Made by a program: the position numbers and the translations under genes
NCBI GenBank assembly: GCA_965637545.1
Contig: OZ281495.1
Span: forward strand, 12,524,001-12,588,000
Direction of reading: 5' to 3'
DNA length: 64,000 nt
Origin: Phallusia mammillata
Lineage: Eukaryota
The notes under the pieces: generated by a model
What the model was told of the DNA's origin: nothing
Seen by the model: the letters and a program-made list of their open reading frames with translations, nothing else
The model's database searches: none
Shown: piece after piece, positions 48,001 through 60,944 of the stretch
Layout: every line of letters begins with the position of its first letter
How positions within the stretch are numbered: position 1 is the first letter of the stretch

Positions 48001-51000
48001 ATATTTGCCCATGTTTGCAATTTTTGAAACCTTTGCTTTTAATAAAACAGGTGTAAGCTGTAATTGGCTCTGTTGCTTATCAAATTACATCTACAACATA
48101 TGAACACTATTTTTAGCCAAAATAGATCTTGTAGATTTCTGTTGCTTAAAACAAAATGAAAAAGTGTTCATTTCTACTAATAACGTATTGATGTCAGTTG
48201 AATGTTTTAAAAAGTGTGATCAATACCCAGGGAATCTGACAAAGAACTTGTTGGCGAGAGTACTTGTCGCCCGTTGGCAAAGCTTTGTAACGCTGTGCAG
48301 CATTGCAGAAACGTGTAATACGACAACATTTCATCCGGCAATTTTCTACTTTCAGTCGGGGTCGCATGAAATCCGCTAGATTCGGACAAATCCCTTGTGT
48401 TTGACCAATAATCGCCGTTTTCCGCATTAAGACCCTCCGCTTCAAAGCTACTGGTTTCCGAATTCTCTTCTTCAAAAACATCGTCGCACGCGGCATCCAT
48501 CGGAGAAAAATCGATAGCATTGCGTCTGTTTGTCAAAATGGGTTTTAAACAGCGGCCCACACTATCCCTGTCCAACGATTTCAATGCATTCAAAAAACAT
48601 GGTCTTCCGACATCTCCAATATCATTGTATGACTTCGATCGTTCCCTGGCTGCAAATGCTGTTCCCAGGATAGTTTGAAAATCTGGACAAGAGTTGCTTT
48701 GCATTGGCGTCCCTTTGGTTGCTGCGGAAACGCAACGCGACGCAACGTGCTTCGTTTCTGTGACGTCATAATCCATCATGCTCACGCTGTGTTGTGACGC
48801 ATGTTGTAAACCATTGTTGTAAGCATCATTCATTGAAATCGCTAACCGATCTATTGGCGGTGTTTGCTTTGTAAAAATAATCCATGCAGTCGCATTTTTC
48901 AGACTAGTCCATTATCAAGTCCATCTCTACTTTCGATTTATTGAGTCCCTGTAGTGTGACAACGAAACCGTCAAAGGGCATCAGTCAAAATCAACTTCGA
49001 TTCTCGAAATCATAACGGCACTAACGGGACTTAAACCGTTAATTGTCATTAATAATTAAAGTGAATCATAATCTCTAAAAACAGCCCAGTGTGACGCACG
49101 AAAATCGCTGACTTTCGAAACGCATTACGGCTGTTCTAAATAGCTTAAAAAGCAATTCTAGATTTACGCTAAATCGTCTGACTTGTGCTATATGTTTACT
49201 TGAAATTTGTTTCACTGACCAGTATTGGGGCGGGTAAAGAATGCTGTGCAATTCATTGCGCGTGTCAAATTTCATATCGTTCACGGTCTCGTATTACCAA
49301 AGTTGGCCCCGTACAAGGCAACTAATGAAATGCCAGAATAAAAACTACAAAAGAATCAAATTTACAAACAAAGCTTAATTGAATTAGGCTATAAGATAAT
49401 TAACAACAAATAGCCACACTGACCACGAAACATAGCAGCGATCAAACACAGAACAACCTTGTATGGCACTGCGTTGAACTCTTGTTATTACACACTTGAT
49501 GACCTGCCAATTCTGTTTGCCTGGTATTACGTTGCCTGCTGCTTAAAATCAATACAACAGCACGGTAATTGGAAATAAACGATTGCAATTAGTCTCAGTA
49601 ACCGATCTATCTGGGTCGAAAATGGAAAGAACGATCGCTATAAAGAATTGATTTTGAGCAGTGCGAAAATCGGTGAACCTTGTGTCACGCTACATTGGCT
49701 GGAATTTTTTGATCTTCCAAGTTAAAATTTCAGCACGAAACAAGTTTGCCTTTTCACGAACCACTAATCATGCCTTCCTGCCAATAAAAGTGTTCTCTGC
49801 TATAATGTCAACTGAAATTTTGACATGTTTCAACTTTTTCTGGTTATGACTGATGTTTAAAACGTCACAACTCATACATAACCCCTGTTAACTTTATGCT
49901 TAGTTGCGTAACTCAATCACCTATCTAAAAATAATAACCAAATTCGAAATGTCATTTGATAGACATTAAAGCGAAATTAAAATGTAACAAGCCAAAGAGA
50001 ATGCCTATCTGACTGTTACAATAGTCTTTTGCACTTCAAATACTACTGGTTTTGCCAGACTTGCGAAGAATCCCTTTTGATAGTTGTTGAATTGATTTCC
50101 ACCCACCAATTGTGAAAGTTACGTCACAAAAATGCCAACAAGTGCTTTCAAGGTCACAAAACTTTCGCTCGAAAGGACAATTCAACACACAAGGCAAACT
50201 GCGTGGGTGGCTTCCCTACCTGAAACAGTTTGTTCACTTGGCTCATCGCTGTAGGATTAAACCCTTTCGGTCAATTGAAGAACAAACAAGTCGAGGTGGA
50301 TTGTGTATCCATGCGCTTAGCGTTCGAGAACGCTTCGGTACACGTTGTGGGCACAATGCACGACGGGGCACTCAGCGTGAAGTTTTTTCTGTTTGAAATC
50401 CACATGACAGCGGGTGTCTTAATTTGTGTAAGGTGGTTAAAGTTAAAGACGTTTCTACTGCGCGCCATTTTGAAGCCGTCCAATAAGCGTGGCGCCTGTA
50501 CACGCACCATCCATTATCGTAATCATAATTAAAATTACCTTTACGTATACTCTATCCTGTCACTTTAACGCGAACTGTTAACTAGCCATCGATCTTTCTC
50601 AAAACTAGTTACTGCTTTTAGGCTAAACAAACTCATATACATTGGTATGATATATATATGACTCAGGCACCGTTGAACTGTTTTGCCCCCTAGCATCGAT
50701 AAACAGTCTACTCAGAGCTGATGTCCTAATGCGGTTAATTGCAGTTGGTCCTGTGACCTCGTGAATTATTGGCCGGCGAAGTAAACCCGATTATTTTTCG
50801 GGCAACAAGTGATTGGTGACGATTCGACACGCTCTGCCGTTTGCTAATCGATCAAGCGCAATAAAAGCCCGATGCTGGGCAATCAGCAAACAAGGACAAG
50901 CAAGTGCAAATGTTGCTGGCACAGTCACAAAAAAACGGGTCTGTTTGCTCAAAAATGCGTTTTGCAGTAGGCTATATAACGTCATAGATATAATGTTTAC

Positions 51001-51188
51001 TCACCATATTTTCGGCGTACGGCCTTTACAGTCTTCACCATTTCCCCATTAGCTTCGTCTTGCCAACTGTCGCTGACCCGAATTCGATATTTGGTCTGTA
51101 CACAAAGCGCAACAATATATACGTCGTCATAAATAAATATCAAAAATAGTAGACTAGACTTCAAAGTCCACATATATCTTACCTCCAT
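39089..51188 (-). CDS. MCF2L: Dbl-family RhoGEF of MCF2/MCF2L (DBS/Ost) type: SEC14, spectrin repeats, DH, PH; no C-terminal SH3 seen
   Basis: SEC14 GGRDVSEAPII..GFVLLIDRRKEKWS..LVLRPIGFLQ; YGTELAETEMPNDISST; DH HVMNELLHTEKVYV..AYLLKPIQRLTKYQLLL; PH GVTENIKADPRKFEIW. Stop at 39089. Two candidate first coding exons (51005-51188, 48227-48833). Probably co-orthologous to vertebrate MCF2/MCF2L/MCF2L2. Confidence 0.9.
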
Positions 51189-52577
51189 TTTGCCGTTGCC
51201 TGTTCACTTATCATTGGTCGCTATTTTGTGGTCACACAATTGGAAATATTCTCGAAAAGCAGTAAAACGTAATAACACAACCAAAACCTATGCTACATGA
51301 TGCCAATTCAAGCTTCGAATATCAATAAAAAAGTGCTTTGTCGGTTTCACTTGATCGCATGAACGAGTCTTATCATAACACATATACACTATAGCCTCCC
51401 ACTTTTTCCCTCAAGAGCACACTCAGAAAGAATTTCATGCGTCACCGTTACGCGGTTTCAACATCTGTCGACCGGGACAAGGCAACAAGCCGGTGCTGGG
51501 TTCTCAACTAAATTAGGTCGAGTCTCTGGGCTGCCGCTGGTCACTGCCACGAATAGCGTTCTCTCATAAATTTAACACTGTACATGGAGTCTGGTGCACG
51601 ACTTCAAACGCACGAGTTTTGATGCTAGTAGAGTTTTAATTATTTATGCATTGCTGGCGTCTGCTGTTTTTAAGCGTGCCCTGATCCTTAGGTGTGCAAG
51701 AGGCCTTGTAGCGAAAAGTTTTGTTGACCCATCTGAATGTATTCGCATACTTTGGGCAATACTGCTTATAAACAGTATTCGCGCAATCTACAAGGACAAT
51801 AAGTTGATTGGTGCCAAGAAGCGCCTGTATGACAGACATAATTTTGTTTTGATGGATTGTTTTAAATTTAATTGGTTATGTTTAGTTTGTGCAGGACGCC
51901 ACAAATTAACATATCGAAAAATAACTGGTTATGGTATCAGCAGTCAGCTTCTAATTTTTTCACTATCTGCATTTCAAATCTTAGATCGGGAGAAACCACG
52001 TTTTGCAATAGCTGTTATACGACACTTAAGTGGTATTGCGTGTTTAAAACTAAAACGCTCGTTTTGTGTGATGGCTTGACTATGAAAATAAGAAACAAAT
52101 CGCAAAATTGTCAAAACATCTATATTTCCATTTTATAGGTAATAGCCACAAGCTTCGGTTCCTTGCAATTTCATCCGTTTGGTGGCGTGACGAGTCGTAA
52201 CCACACTGACAAACAACTGAATACTGCCACGTGTGGCGTTTGTGGGTTCCGGGTGTAAACACTTATCAGAAAACTTTTCAAGACATTGGCCATATATACT
52301 AAAATCAACAAATACACAAACTGGTGCTCAACATTATGCATTGTTCATTGCCAGATATTATGAACACAACGTTTTTAAGACAGTAGGAAAACTGAATTTT
52401 TAACCTGTAAAATTCAACATAAACAAGCTTGAATAAACCAAACTTCCATATACTTCCATAGAAAAGTTTATCCTTGGGGTAATGTTTAATGTCATAAGCC
52501 AAAACATTCCTTCTTCAATTCAGAACTGTTCCAATGAACATAACTAGGGCTATAGCACACACAGTGGTGGGATTCAA

Positions 52578-53277
52578 TCAACCTTTTTTCAAATTCTTCT
52601 GACTTTCACCAAGGAATTCCTTTCTCGAAAGATCTTTTTCTTTAATTTCATACAAATGTCTTGGAGTAAATTCATAGTCTTTTGCACTTTGACTTAGTTC
52701 ATGTAAAGTATCTTCATCCAATGGTTTTGCATCATAAAGATATCTAAAAAATATGCTCACATTATTTCAAAAAATATGACCCATTCTTGTAAACAAGATG
52801 CAAAGATTTGGTCCATATCGCTTCAACAAAATAGTAAACATATCAACGTGACACAGTGTTCCTACAATATAATGAAAAAAATAATAATAAATATCATACT
52901 CGTCTCTGTGAACACGCAAACCAGTAATGGGGTCAACAACTGCACCAACAGGAAAAACAATTTCCTTAATTGTGTGAGTTTCAAACTTGAATTCAGGATC
53001 ATTAAACTTTTTCAAAAGCACAAGATCTCCAGGTCTAGATTTCCCACTCTGATCATGGACATCAAGGGTGTGGGTTTCACGAATATACTGAAAATGGAAA
53101 AAAAGTTACAGCTGGTTTTAACAATATAAACTGCAGTGCTATACAAATCCAACGTACCACCAACAGTATTTCATTTAATCTGTTCAGCGCAACTTGAACG
53201 CGAGCACGGTTGGGTAAAGGTTTGTAAACAACTTTCCCAAATGCCAGAGCCAAATTTATAAACTTTGATTTGTCCAT
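52578..53277 (-). CDS. MRPS17: Mitochondrial small-subunit ribosomal protein uS17m
   Basis: Exons 53158-53277, 52900-53087, 52578-52743 give GKVV..RARVQV..YIRETHTLDVHD..PGDLVLL..HTIKEIVFPVGAVVDPITG, matching the uS17m pattern HD..GDIVLL..EIVFKVGKVIDPVTG. Confidence 0.85.
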
Positions 53278-53816
53278 ACCACCCTCTACTTCTACACAAA
53301 AACACTAGATTGCACAGATTATAACTGAAAGCATGAACGATTTGTTGACAGTGTTTCCGTAAACTTACGCAGATCGTCTCCAATATTTACAAAACAAAGA
53401 ATTTGAATATTTTTCTCTCTTCAAATTTAATTTTATTTAGTACTAGTAAAGGGCTGGTTTAAAATCATGTGTGACTTGGTAAGTTTTATTTCATTTTAAA
53501 TAATATTTCACATGCTTAAAAATATACTTTGCTTAAAATTCGCATGAGTGCAAGGGATACTGCAGGAACGCACGTTTTTGTTTTGATTTGTTTTCGACGT
53601 ATAGAAGGTGGAGTTAGATTTGTGTGTAGTGTATACAGTATACTGACTACTGTTTGTTTGCTGTCTTTAACTGGTCTGACTATTACTGTTAAATGTTGCA
53701 CTCGGGAATAATATTGGGTTACAGGGTATAACTTTATTTTAAAGCAACAATGTATGTATATTTTAAACTTGTACGCATTGTTTAGATCAATAAGGATAAA
53801 AACTTTTAATTAGATC
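53278..53816. promoter_or_regulatory. Compact divergent promoter region MRPS17 / ZNHIT3, with a probable ZNHIT3 5'UTR intron
   Basis: Start codons are head-to-head, 540 bp apart; GTAAGT donor ~53479 and AG acceptor 3 nt before the ZNHIT3 ATG. Confidence 0.5.
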
Positions 53817-54236
53817 ATGAAAACCCAAGATCTGTGTCATATCTGCAAGGCTGTTATTCACAAATACAAATGTCCTACGTGTCTGTCCCTGTATTGCTCT
53901 GTTGCCTGCTTTAAAGACCATCAAACTGAATGTACAAAAAAACCTACTGAAACAGAAGAGAAAGTTCTACCTCAACCTGAAAGTCCTGATTTGGAAGAAG
54001 ATAATTTGCTGACTGTAGAGAAATTGCAAAATTTGCGAACTTCTAAAAATCTTGTTCAGATCTTAAAAAATCCACATCTAAGAACATTGATCAAAGCTCT
54101 TGACGAAGATGAAAATAAACGAACCATGCTTGACAGTCTAATGCATGAACCCATATTTTTGGAATTTGCTGACACTTGTTTATCACTAGTGCACCCTGCA
54201 AATAAGGTGGATATCGGCCCAAGTGAAATTTCATGA
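53817..54236 (+). CDS. ZNHIT3: Zinc finger HIT domain protein 3 (box C/D snoRNP assembly factor); single coding exon
   Basis: zf-HIT CHIC..KYKCPTC..YCSVACFKDH and C-terminal LKNPHLR..MHEPIFLEFADTCL. Confidence 0.93.
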   Translation: MKTQDLCHICKAVIHKYKCPTCLSLYCSVACFKDHQTECTKKPTETEEKVLPQPESPDLEEDNLLTVEKLQNLRTSKNLVQILKNPHLRTLIKALDEDENKRTMLDSLMHEPIFLEFADTCLSLVHPANKVDIGPSEIS

Positions 54237-55696
54237 TATATTGAGCATTTTTTGGCGTTGATGTTTTGCATACCATTTTTTTTTGGGTTGCACTCGAAAA
54301 AGTTTGCCCCAAAGGCATTAGGTTGTGATGCCTTGGCCCCTATCACTTTTGTAAGCAAATTTTTGGGCCACATTGGTCCTGCATGCCAGAGATCTCGTCG
54401 GGAACTGCCATGTTCTGCAGACTGGGATCTTAAAAACACAACTAATGACAAGTTGATTACAGTATCTTTTACATGTCACAATTTTTCCTCCACATATACA
54501 ACCCAAACTTTTTTATGAAATTACAAGAATGATTCTTTTTGGCCCTATTATTATAGACACGGGGTAAATACTGCTGAACAGTAGCATTTTACTATTGCCT
54601 AAAATTACAGTGCACATGTGGAACTGTTGGCTGGCCTGAGCCCAAAGTTTTTCAAAAAATCTGGAACTAGCACAGCATTTTGGTTTACTGAAGTGAAATA
54701 AATATGAAACAAGTTTGCCCCTGTGTGAAGTTAAATCCAAATCAGATTATATTGGATGGCTTGATCCAATTTTTAGATCTGTGCTCATGGTTTGCTGTAC
54801 TACACACATCAAACTGTTCATTTAGACGCACATGTTAATGTATAGATAGTGTATTTAGGAGCATATACAAATATATTTAATAACTGAACACTTGGCAAGT
54901 CTATCCAGTATCTCTTAGGGATGTGCCTTTCATCGCCTTTTGTCTTTTTGTGAGTTGTCAACTAAATTACAATAAAATGATTAATTGGTGTGAATTGCAT
55001 TTGACCTTAGCTTAATGAAAAGAACATCCCTGTAAATGAGCATTGTGGTTTGAGGAGATGTATAGATAGGAAATAAACTATGTGTAATGAGTAAATAAGA
55101 CTACAACAACATGCATATGACATAACACCACTTTGTGTAATAAGCATAGGTAGTTGACGAAATGGGAAGACATTTGTCTGGCAAGATATCCAGGAAGACT
55201 GGGTTGTGTAGGGATAACAAACAAGTTGTGGGTGATATGGAACTATTAGCTGTAAAACACACAAATGTACAGTAGAAAAGGCACCCATCACTAAATGGTA
55301 TGTTGTATACAAGAATATTTTGCACAGTGTGGTAATTTTCAACGCTACATATGTTGAAAGAAAATTACTGCTGTAATACAAGACTGCAAAGATGAATTAG
55401 CCTAGAGATGTGGAAAGCGGCAATATATATAATGCAAAATCCATCTTCATTTAAAAGCAATTGTGTAACAGTAAATGTAATTTTGATCATAACCATGTAA
55501 AAAGCCTCTGAAAAACACAAGGAATGTTAGTAACTCTGGCTTAATGATAAGTGCAGAGACAAGAAAATAAAGGACAGTTCCCTACAAGCTAAAACAAAAC
55601 AAAATGCTGTTGTGAATTCTAAACAGTCACTGTAAAAGTCATATAACACAAGCTTTCAGTCACCAAGCTAAAATATAGCAAATTTTGCAGTCTGCA

Positions 55697-58600
55697 TTAA
55701 AAATCTTGAATGTAACCATTGTCGTCTTCACTGTCATAATTGCTTCCTGAGTCTGAATGGATCTCACTTAAATACAGTAAATCATATGGGCTGTAGTGCA
55801 GTTTGGTTTTTCTTGAAGTCCCCAAATCACCTGACATTTCATCACTATTTGCCTTTGAGTTTCCATCTGGTATCGACTCTTTTTCCAGAAACTCCAAAGC
55901 TGGCTTGGGAAGTGTTTCTCCAGCAGCACTGGGTAGCCCCAATGGATTTTCAGCACCAACGCCCATTCCTCTTTCTGAGAGAGATTTAATTGCTTTTGAT
56001 GGTTTTGTTTCACTGCCAGACTTTCGCAGTCTTGTGAGAAAGTGGCTGTAATTTTGTCTAGCTTCCAGGAGTCGCAATTCCAATATATTCAACTTCTTGG
56101 TAACAGCCTGCAACAAATGAATGGGTGTAAAATAGTTTCATAAAAAAATAATAATCCATTATTGTGATAAGAGTTGCTCTACTTTGTTTAGGACATTTAA
56201 TGTTAAAGCCTGCAACTTTGTCAGATAGCATCAAAACTGACAGAAGTTTGATAGTGAAACTAACACCCCAATAGATGTAAAAAGTGAAATGCTTTATTGT
56301 TCAAACAGTTCGGCAAATGCTCATGTCATCATCAGTGATATGAAGGGATACATCACCTGTTCTTAGTCCATCAAAGATTGATGTAAAAAGTGTGAATTTG
56401 TTGCCCAAAAATGATAGACAAAAAAGGGCGAGCACAACAATTTCAATCAATTTAAAGAAGTTTGTTTTTAAAACGAGTCGTACCTCAAGTTTAGCCTGAA
56501 ACTCCTTTTGTATTTCGAAGTAAGGTTTTGATTTGATAACACTTCTCTGTAGCTTTGTCTGTAAGTCTGTTTTCTTATCCTCGGCAGACTGAAAAGCTTT
56601 GGCAGCTTTCATGTGTTCTTGGTGAACCCTGTTCTTCTCTTTAGAAGCATCATTCACCTACAAACACAAAGTTGTTTTGTTTTACTTAAATTTAGCTTTC
56701 ACATGCATTCATACGGAAAAATTTTGGTACGGTAAAGCATTATTACACTAGAAAGGTGGCTTTCTGATATACTTCCATTTTATATATTCTATACGATTTA
56801 CCAATTTACTATACACATCATTCGATCTACACATATGATTGTTTTTGCAAGCAAAAACTAATGGGTCCCCACACGCGCGTTTGTGCGGATTTATGGTAAA
56901 CAAACGTCCTGGTTATTTTTAGATTCTTAAGAAAAAACTTTGACAATAGCCCAACTTTAAAAGTTTTGCCCGTATTCTTTTTGCATCATTATTGTCATAT
57001 AATTACAAAAAACAGTAAATAAGTAAGGGAAAAATACTTTTAATTTAATCTCATGCTTTGACCTTGATATTGTCGTTCAAGGTCAGTTTTTAAACACAAT
57101 TTTTCACAACTGAAAATGTGCTTGATAAGTTAAAAAAACGACATAGCATAGCTGCGCAAAAACAGCTGATTTCTAATCACAGACACGACTGTCTTGACTG
57201 TCTCGTAAAACGTCCCGTCCGGACGTCAAGCTGAGCACTCCCGCTGCATTCACCCGCCTTAATCGTAAACAAGTGAATTACTCCCTTGAGAGTTGAGACT
57301 TCTATCTGACTGACAGTGTACACATGTTATGGACTATTTGGCCGATTATGGCAAAATTTTAAATACTGAACGAATAACCTACTGCAAACAATTGTTTAAC
57401 ATTTCAGCACATTAGGGCTTGTATGTTTGCCTAAAACTTATTATTTGGGGGTTTAAGGGGTAAAATAGGCGAATCCAATAAAAAATTACAAAATTCTTTA
57501 GAATACCTTAAATTGCACCCACCAACAAAGCATGAAACCCTCAGATTATGTACTTGGGTCAGTACAGCCATTTTAATTTTTTTCGTTTTGGGGGCCTGTG
57601 GGTGAACCGCTGGGTCATTTGGGGTCAAACTTTAGGAGGATCAAATTTGGATTAATAACTAACATCTGTGTAAATTTGAATAAATTTAAAGCACTCTTTC
57701 TTGACCAAGCGCATTTAACAAACCAGCGTTAGACAGAAATGAATATTTGGGGGTTTAAGGGGTGAATCGAAAAAAAGATACAAAATTCTTTGAAATACCT
57801 TATATTACACTAAACAACAAAGCATATCACTCAGAGATGCTGTACTTTAGTAAGTATACCCGTTTTTTTAAAAATACGTTTTGGGGGCCTGTGGGTGAAC
57901 CGCTGGGTTATTCGGGGTCAAACTTCAGGAGGATCAAATTTGGATTAATATGTAACATCTGTCCAAATTTTAATAAGTTTGGAGCACTCTTTATTGACCA
58001 AACGCGTTTAACAAACCAGCGTTAGACAGAAAAAAGAAAAAAAAATACGGACAAAAACAATATATATGTGTCCCCTTCAGGGAAGGGGACCCATAATGAA
58101 GTTTTAAATAGTCATGAATCATGATATATTTTACATACATAAGATGTACCCATAAAATGTACATTTTTTATAATTCCTATCCGTGCCTAACTATGTAAGT
58201 TTTTAATAATTGTGTCAAATCCTTTGTACCTTTAGGTTGGCCTGGTTTAACATTTCCTGCCAGGTTGGGTCGAGTTTGTCACATGATGATATAACACGTT
58301 CCTCTGCCACCCGAACCATGTCACGGGCAGCCTTGTGCAAATTGACAGCACGCTTGTATTCCATGGCAGCTTGCTGAGTTGCAATCTGACACTGTAGAAA
58401 AATAAGCCATTTATATTGTGCCTTGTTTTGTTGGTTTTCCATATGTACCTTTTTGGCCTTTTTGACAGCTTCAAAATATGGCCTGGCCTTTCCAACACTG
58501 GAACCTAGCTGTCTTGACATTTCCTTTAGTTTGTGGGAATATGTAGTCATAAGGGAGCGATATTTTGCTCTTGTGGTCTGTTAAAATGTGCTATATATTA

Positions 58601-60944
58601 CCTTCATGTTGTACAGCATTAGTGGAAAATAAAGGGATGTTTACATCACTGCCAGAAGAACATGTGATAGTTAGTGTTCAAGAGGAAGTTAGCCAACCAA
58701 AAACAATAAACAGTCATGCACTCATAACTACATGGTCATACAAAAGTCATTTAATGATCTGTTGTTTGACTTACATCCAATTGTACTTCAAGTTTTGTTA
58801 TCTTGTCATGTGACTCCTGCACAAGGTCAAGGTCATTTTGGAGGTCACGAGTAGAGGCTGTGGTCATGGTGGAGCCAGCATTGCTGATTGCATCAAGGCT
58901 ACTGTCCAGTGACGCTGTCCGGTGTAGTTTTGAGAAAAATGCCTCATTGTTCTAGAAATAGTTACAGAAACATTAAAACAATCATATCATATTCCATTGC
59001 AATATACGTACAACCATTAAATTAGTAATTTATCCCTTAAATTGAAAGTTGCAGGCCGACATAATGCACCATAATGCATAACTGTCATATTATCCTAATT
59101 TTTAAAAAAGCCCAAAAGAAATTACTGGAGAAAAAATGAATTGATGTTATTTGCATATTGTGAAGATTCAAAATGGTAAATGTCACCGATAGCTGAATCG
59201 ATATCCACTGTCAGATAAGGGTACGCCTCAGGCACTAAACCAATTTTAAGTGCAATTTGAATGCCCTCAGAAAAACCACAGCATTACTGAAATACTTGTT
59301 CCACTGCTCATCATAATTTAAGTGGTTAAACTGGTTTCAAATGTAGTTTGTGCAAATGTCATGTACAAATATGCAGAAACCATGTCATGCAAAACAAAAA
59401 CAACATTCCCAGGCAAAAGTAAATAAATTGCATTCCAAAAAAGATAACATTATTTTGTTATTACACACCAGTTGCTCTACATGACATGTTAAAGACTTTG
59501 GGATTGCCAATGGGTTATTTCTGCGCATGGGAAGTTTGGCATGGCGTTGCAATCTTGACTGCAGTTTATGACTTGACAAATGTGACATTGCCTTGTCATA
59601 ATTAAACATCTATAGTAATAACAAAACAGTTTTTAAACTCGCATAACTTGCTTTCAACTGCTGAATTGAGTTTTACATGTCAATGATATGTGAACTTCAA
59701 TGAAAACATATCAAAAGTATTAGTTTTTGTATTTCAGTATGTGTTAGTTAGAAGTATGATATAAGTTAATGTGCAGACGCTTAGCATATGTTAGCTTTAA
59801 TGATTGCCTTGGGCCAAAATGATTGAGTTAATTAATTTTATTGCCTTTGCCCTCCTGAGACAATCTCTATTGATTATAAGTAGTAGCAATACAGAGTAAA
59901 GTACATACAAATCTTCCAAATGTATAGTCTTATCTATGAAATAATTAACACAGGAAGTAAATGATGAATGCAGCTTCTTGTTTGATTGTTTGAATATGGT
60001 TGCAAACCAGACACAAAAACACAAACAATCTCCCAAACTGCGTAAATCCACCACCAAACAATAGTAAATAGTGGTATCGCAGGTTTGAGCATAAATAATT
60101 AGTGTTTTTCCCAGATTAACAGAAAAACATACTTTGCATGTCAGTTTTAAACTACCTGTGAATGAAGAGAAGATATTTTTCCATCAACCAATGGTCCGTC
60201 AATATCATTTCTTGGAAGGTCTGGAGAAGAAGATGCTGAATTTCCTCCTTTATTGCTTGCTCCTGCACGCTCCGAAGCACCATCACTAACATCCAGATAA
60301 CTTCTTCTTGAATCACGGTACTCCTGCAGTTCTAACAATACTCTAGTGTGATCAGATACAATTCCTCTTCTCTGCGAAACAAGTTCATCTACTTCCTGAG
60401 CGAGAAATAATCCCAATTTACTGCATAGATAAAGTTCCTTTTCTTTTCTTCGTAATTCCACTTCCAGTTCTTCTACTGATATCCCATGAAGTTCTGAATG
60501 TAAATCATTGTTCAAGATGACTACTAATTAAAACTGATTACCATTTTGTTTTACGACCAATGATCATTTGTATTTTTATAAAATCAAAACTGCCACGAAA
60601 CAAAAGGGAAAAAAACACTAAAATACAGAATTGTGGAACAGAGGTAAGTTTTGTTCAGCAAAAATATAAAAATGGGATTTTGCTGTTGGGACTGGGAAAC
60701 TATTTGTGTCTAAAATAGAAAGTCCCTCCGACACCAACCAGTGTAAAACTTACAACAAAACTATTTTTTATGACAGTTTTTAAAGCTAAAAATCATTCTT
60801 AATCGGAGACAAACGTAAATCTACAAAACCTTCACCTTTAAATAAATCCTCAACATCTTCATGGAATGAATTTGATTCTATACTTGCTGCTGGTTCCTCG
60901 TTGGGTGCTGGGCAGTCCCATAGAAATGTTGACCCATCTTCCAT
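55697..60944 (-). CDS. SH3BP5/SH3BP5L-family (parcas/REI-1-like) Rab11 GEF with an N-terminal extension
   Basis: Exons 60836-60944, 60156-60523, 58775-58951, 58449-58577, ~58230-58391, ~56484-56657, 55697-~56107. Motifs LGSSVGKARPYFE, AVNLHKAARDMV, LDPTWQEMLNQANLKVN, VIKSKPYFE, RGMGVGAE. Linkage of the two upstream exons is inferred from splice phase. Confidence 0.85.
56857..58096. mobile_element. Helentron-associated (HINE/DINE-like) element with two ~300-bp internal tandem repeats
   Basis: Sub-terminal inverted repeats ATGGGTCCCC (56861) / GGGGACCCAT (58085-58094); terminal hairpin GTCCCCTTC-AGG-GAAGGGGAC; repeats start at 57443 and 57745; A-rich flanks, no TSD. Confidence 0.75.

Noticed and set aside
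50112-52262. Cluster of 60-160 aa ORFs around the MCF2L 5' region
   Set aside because: No domain motifs or phase-compatible splice sites; more likely regulatory or UTR sequence.
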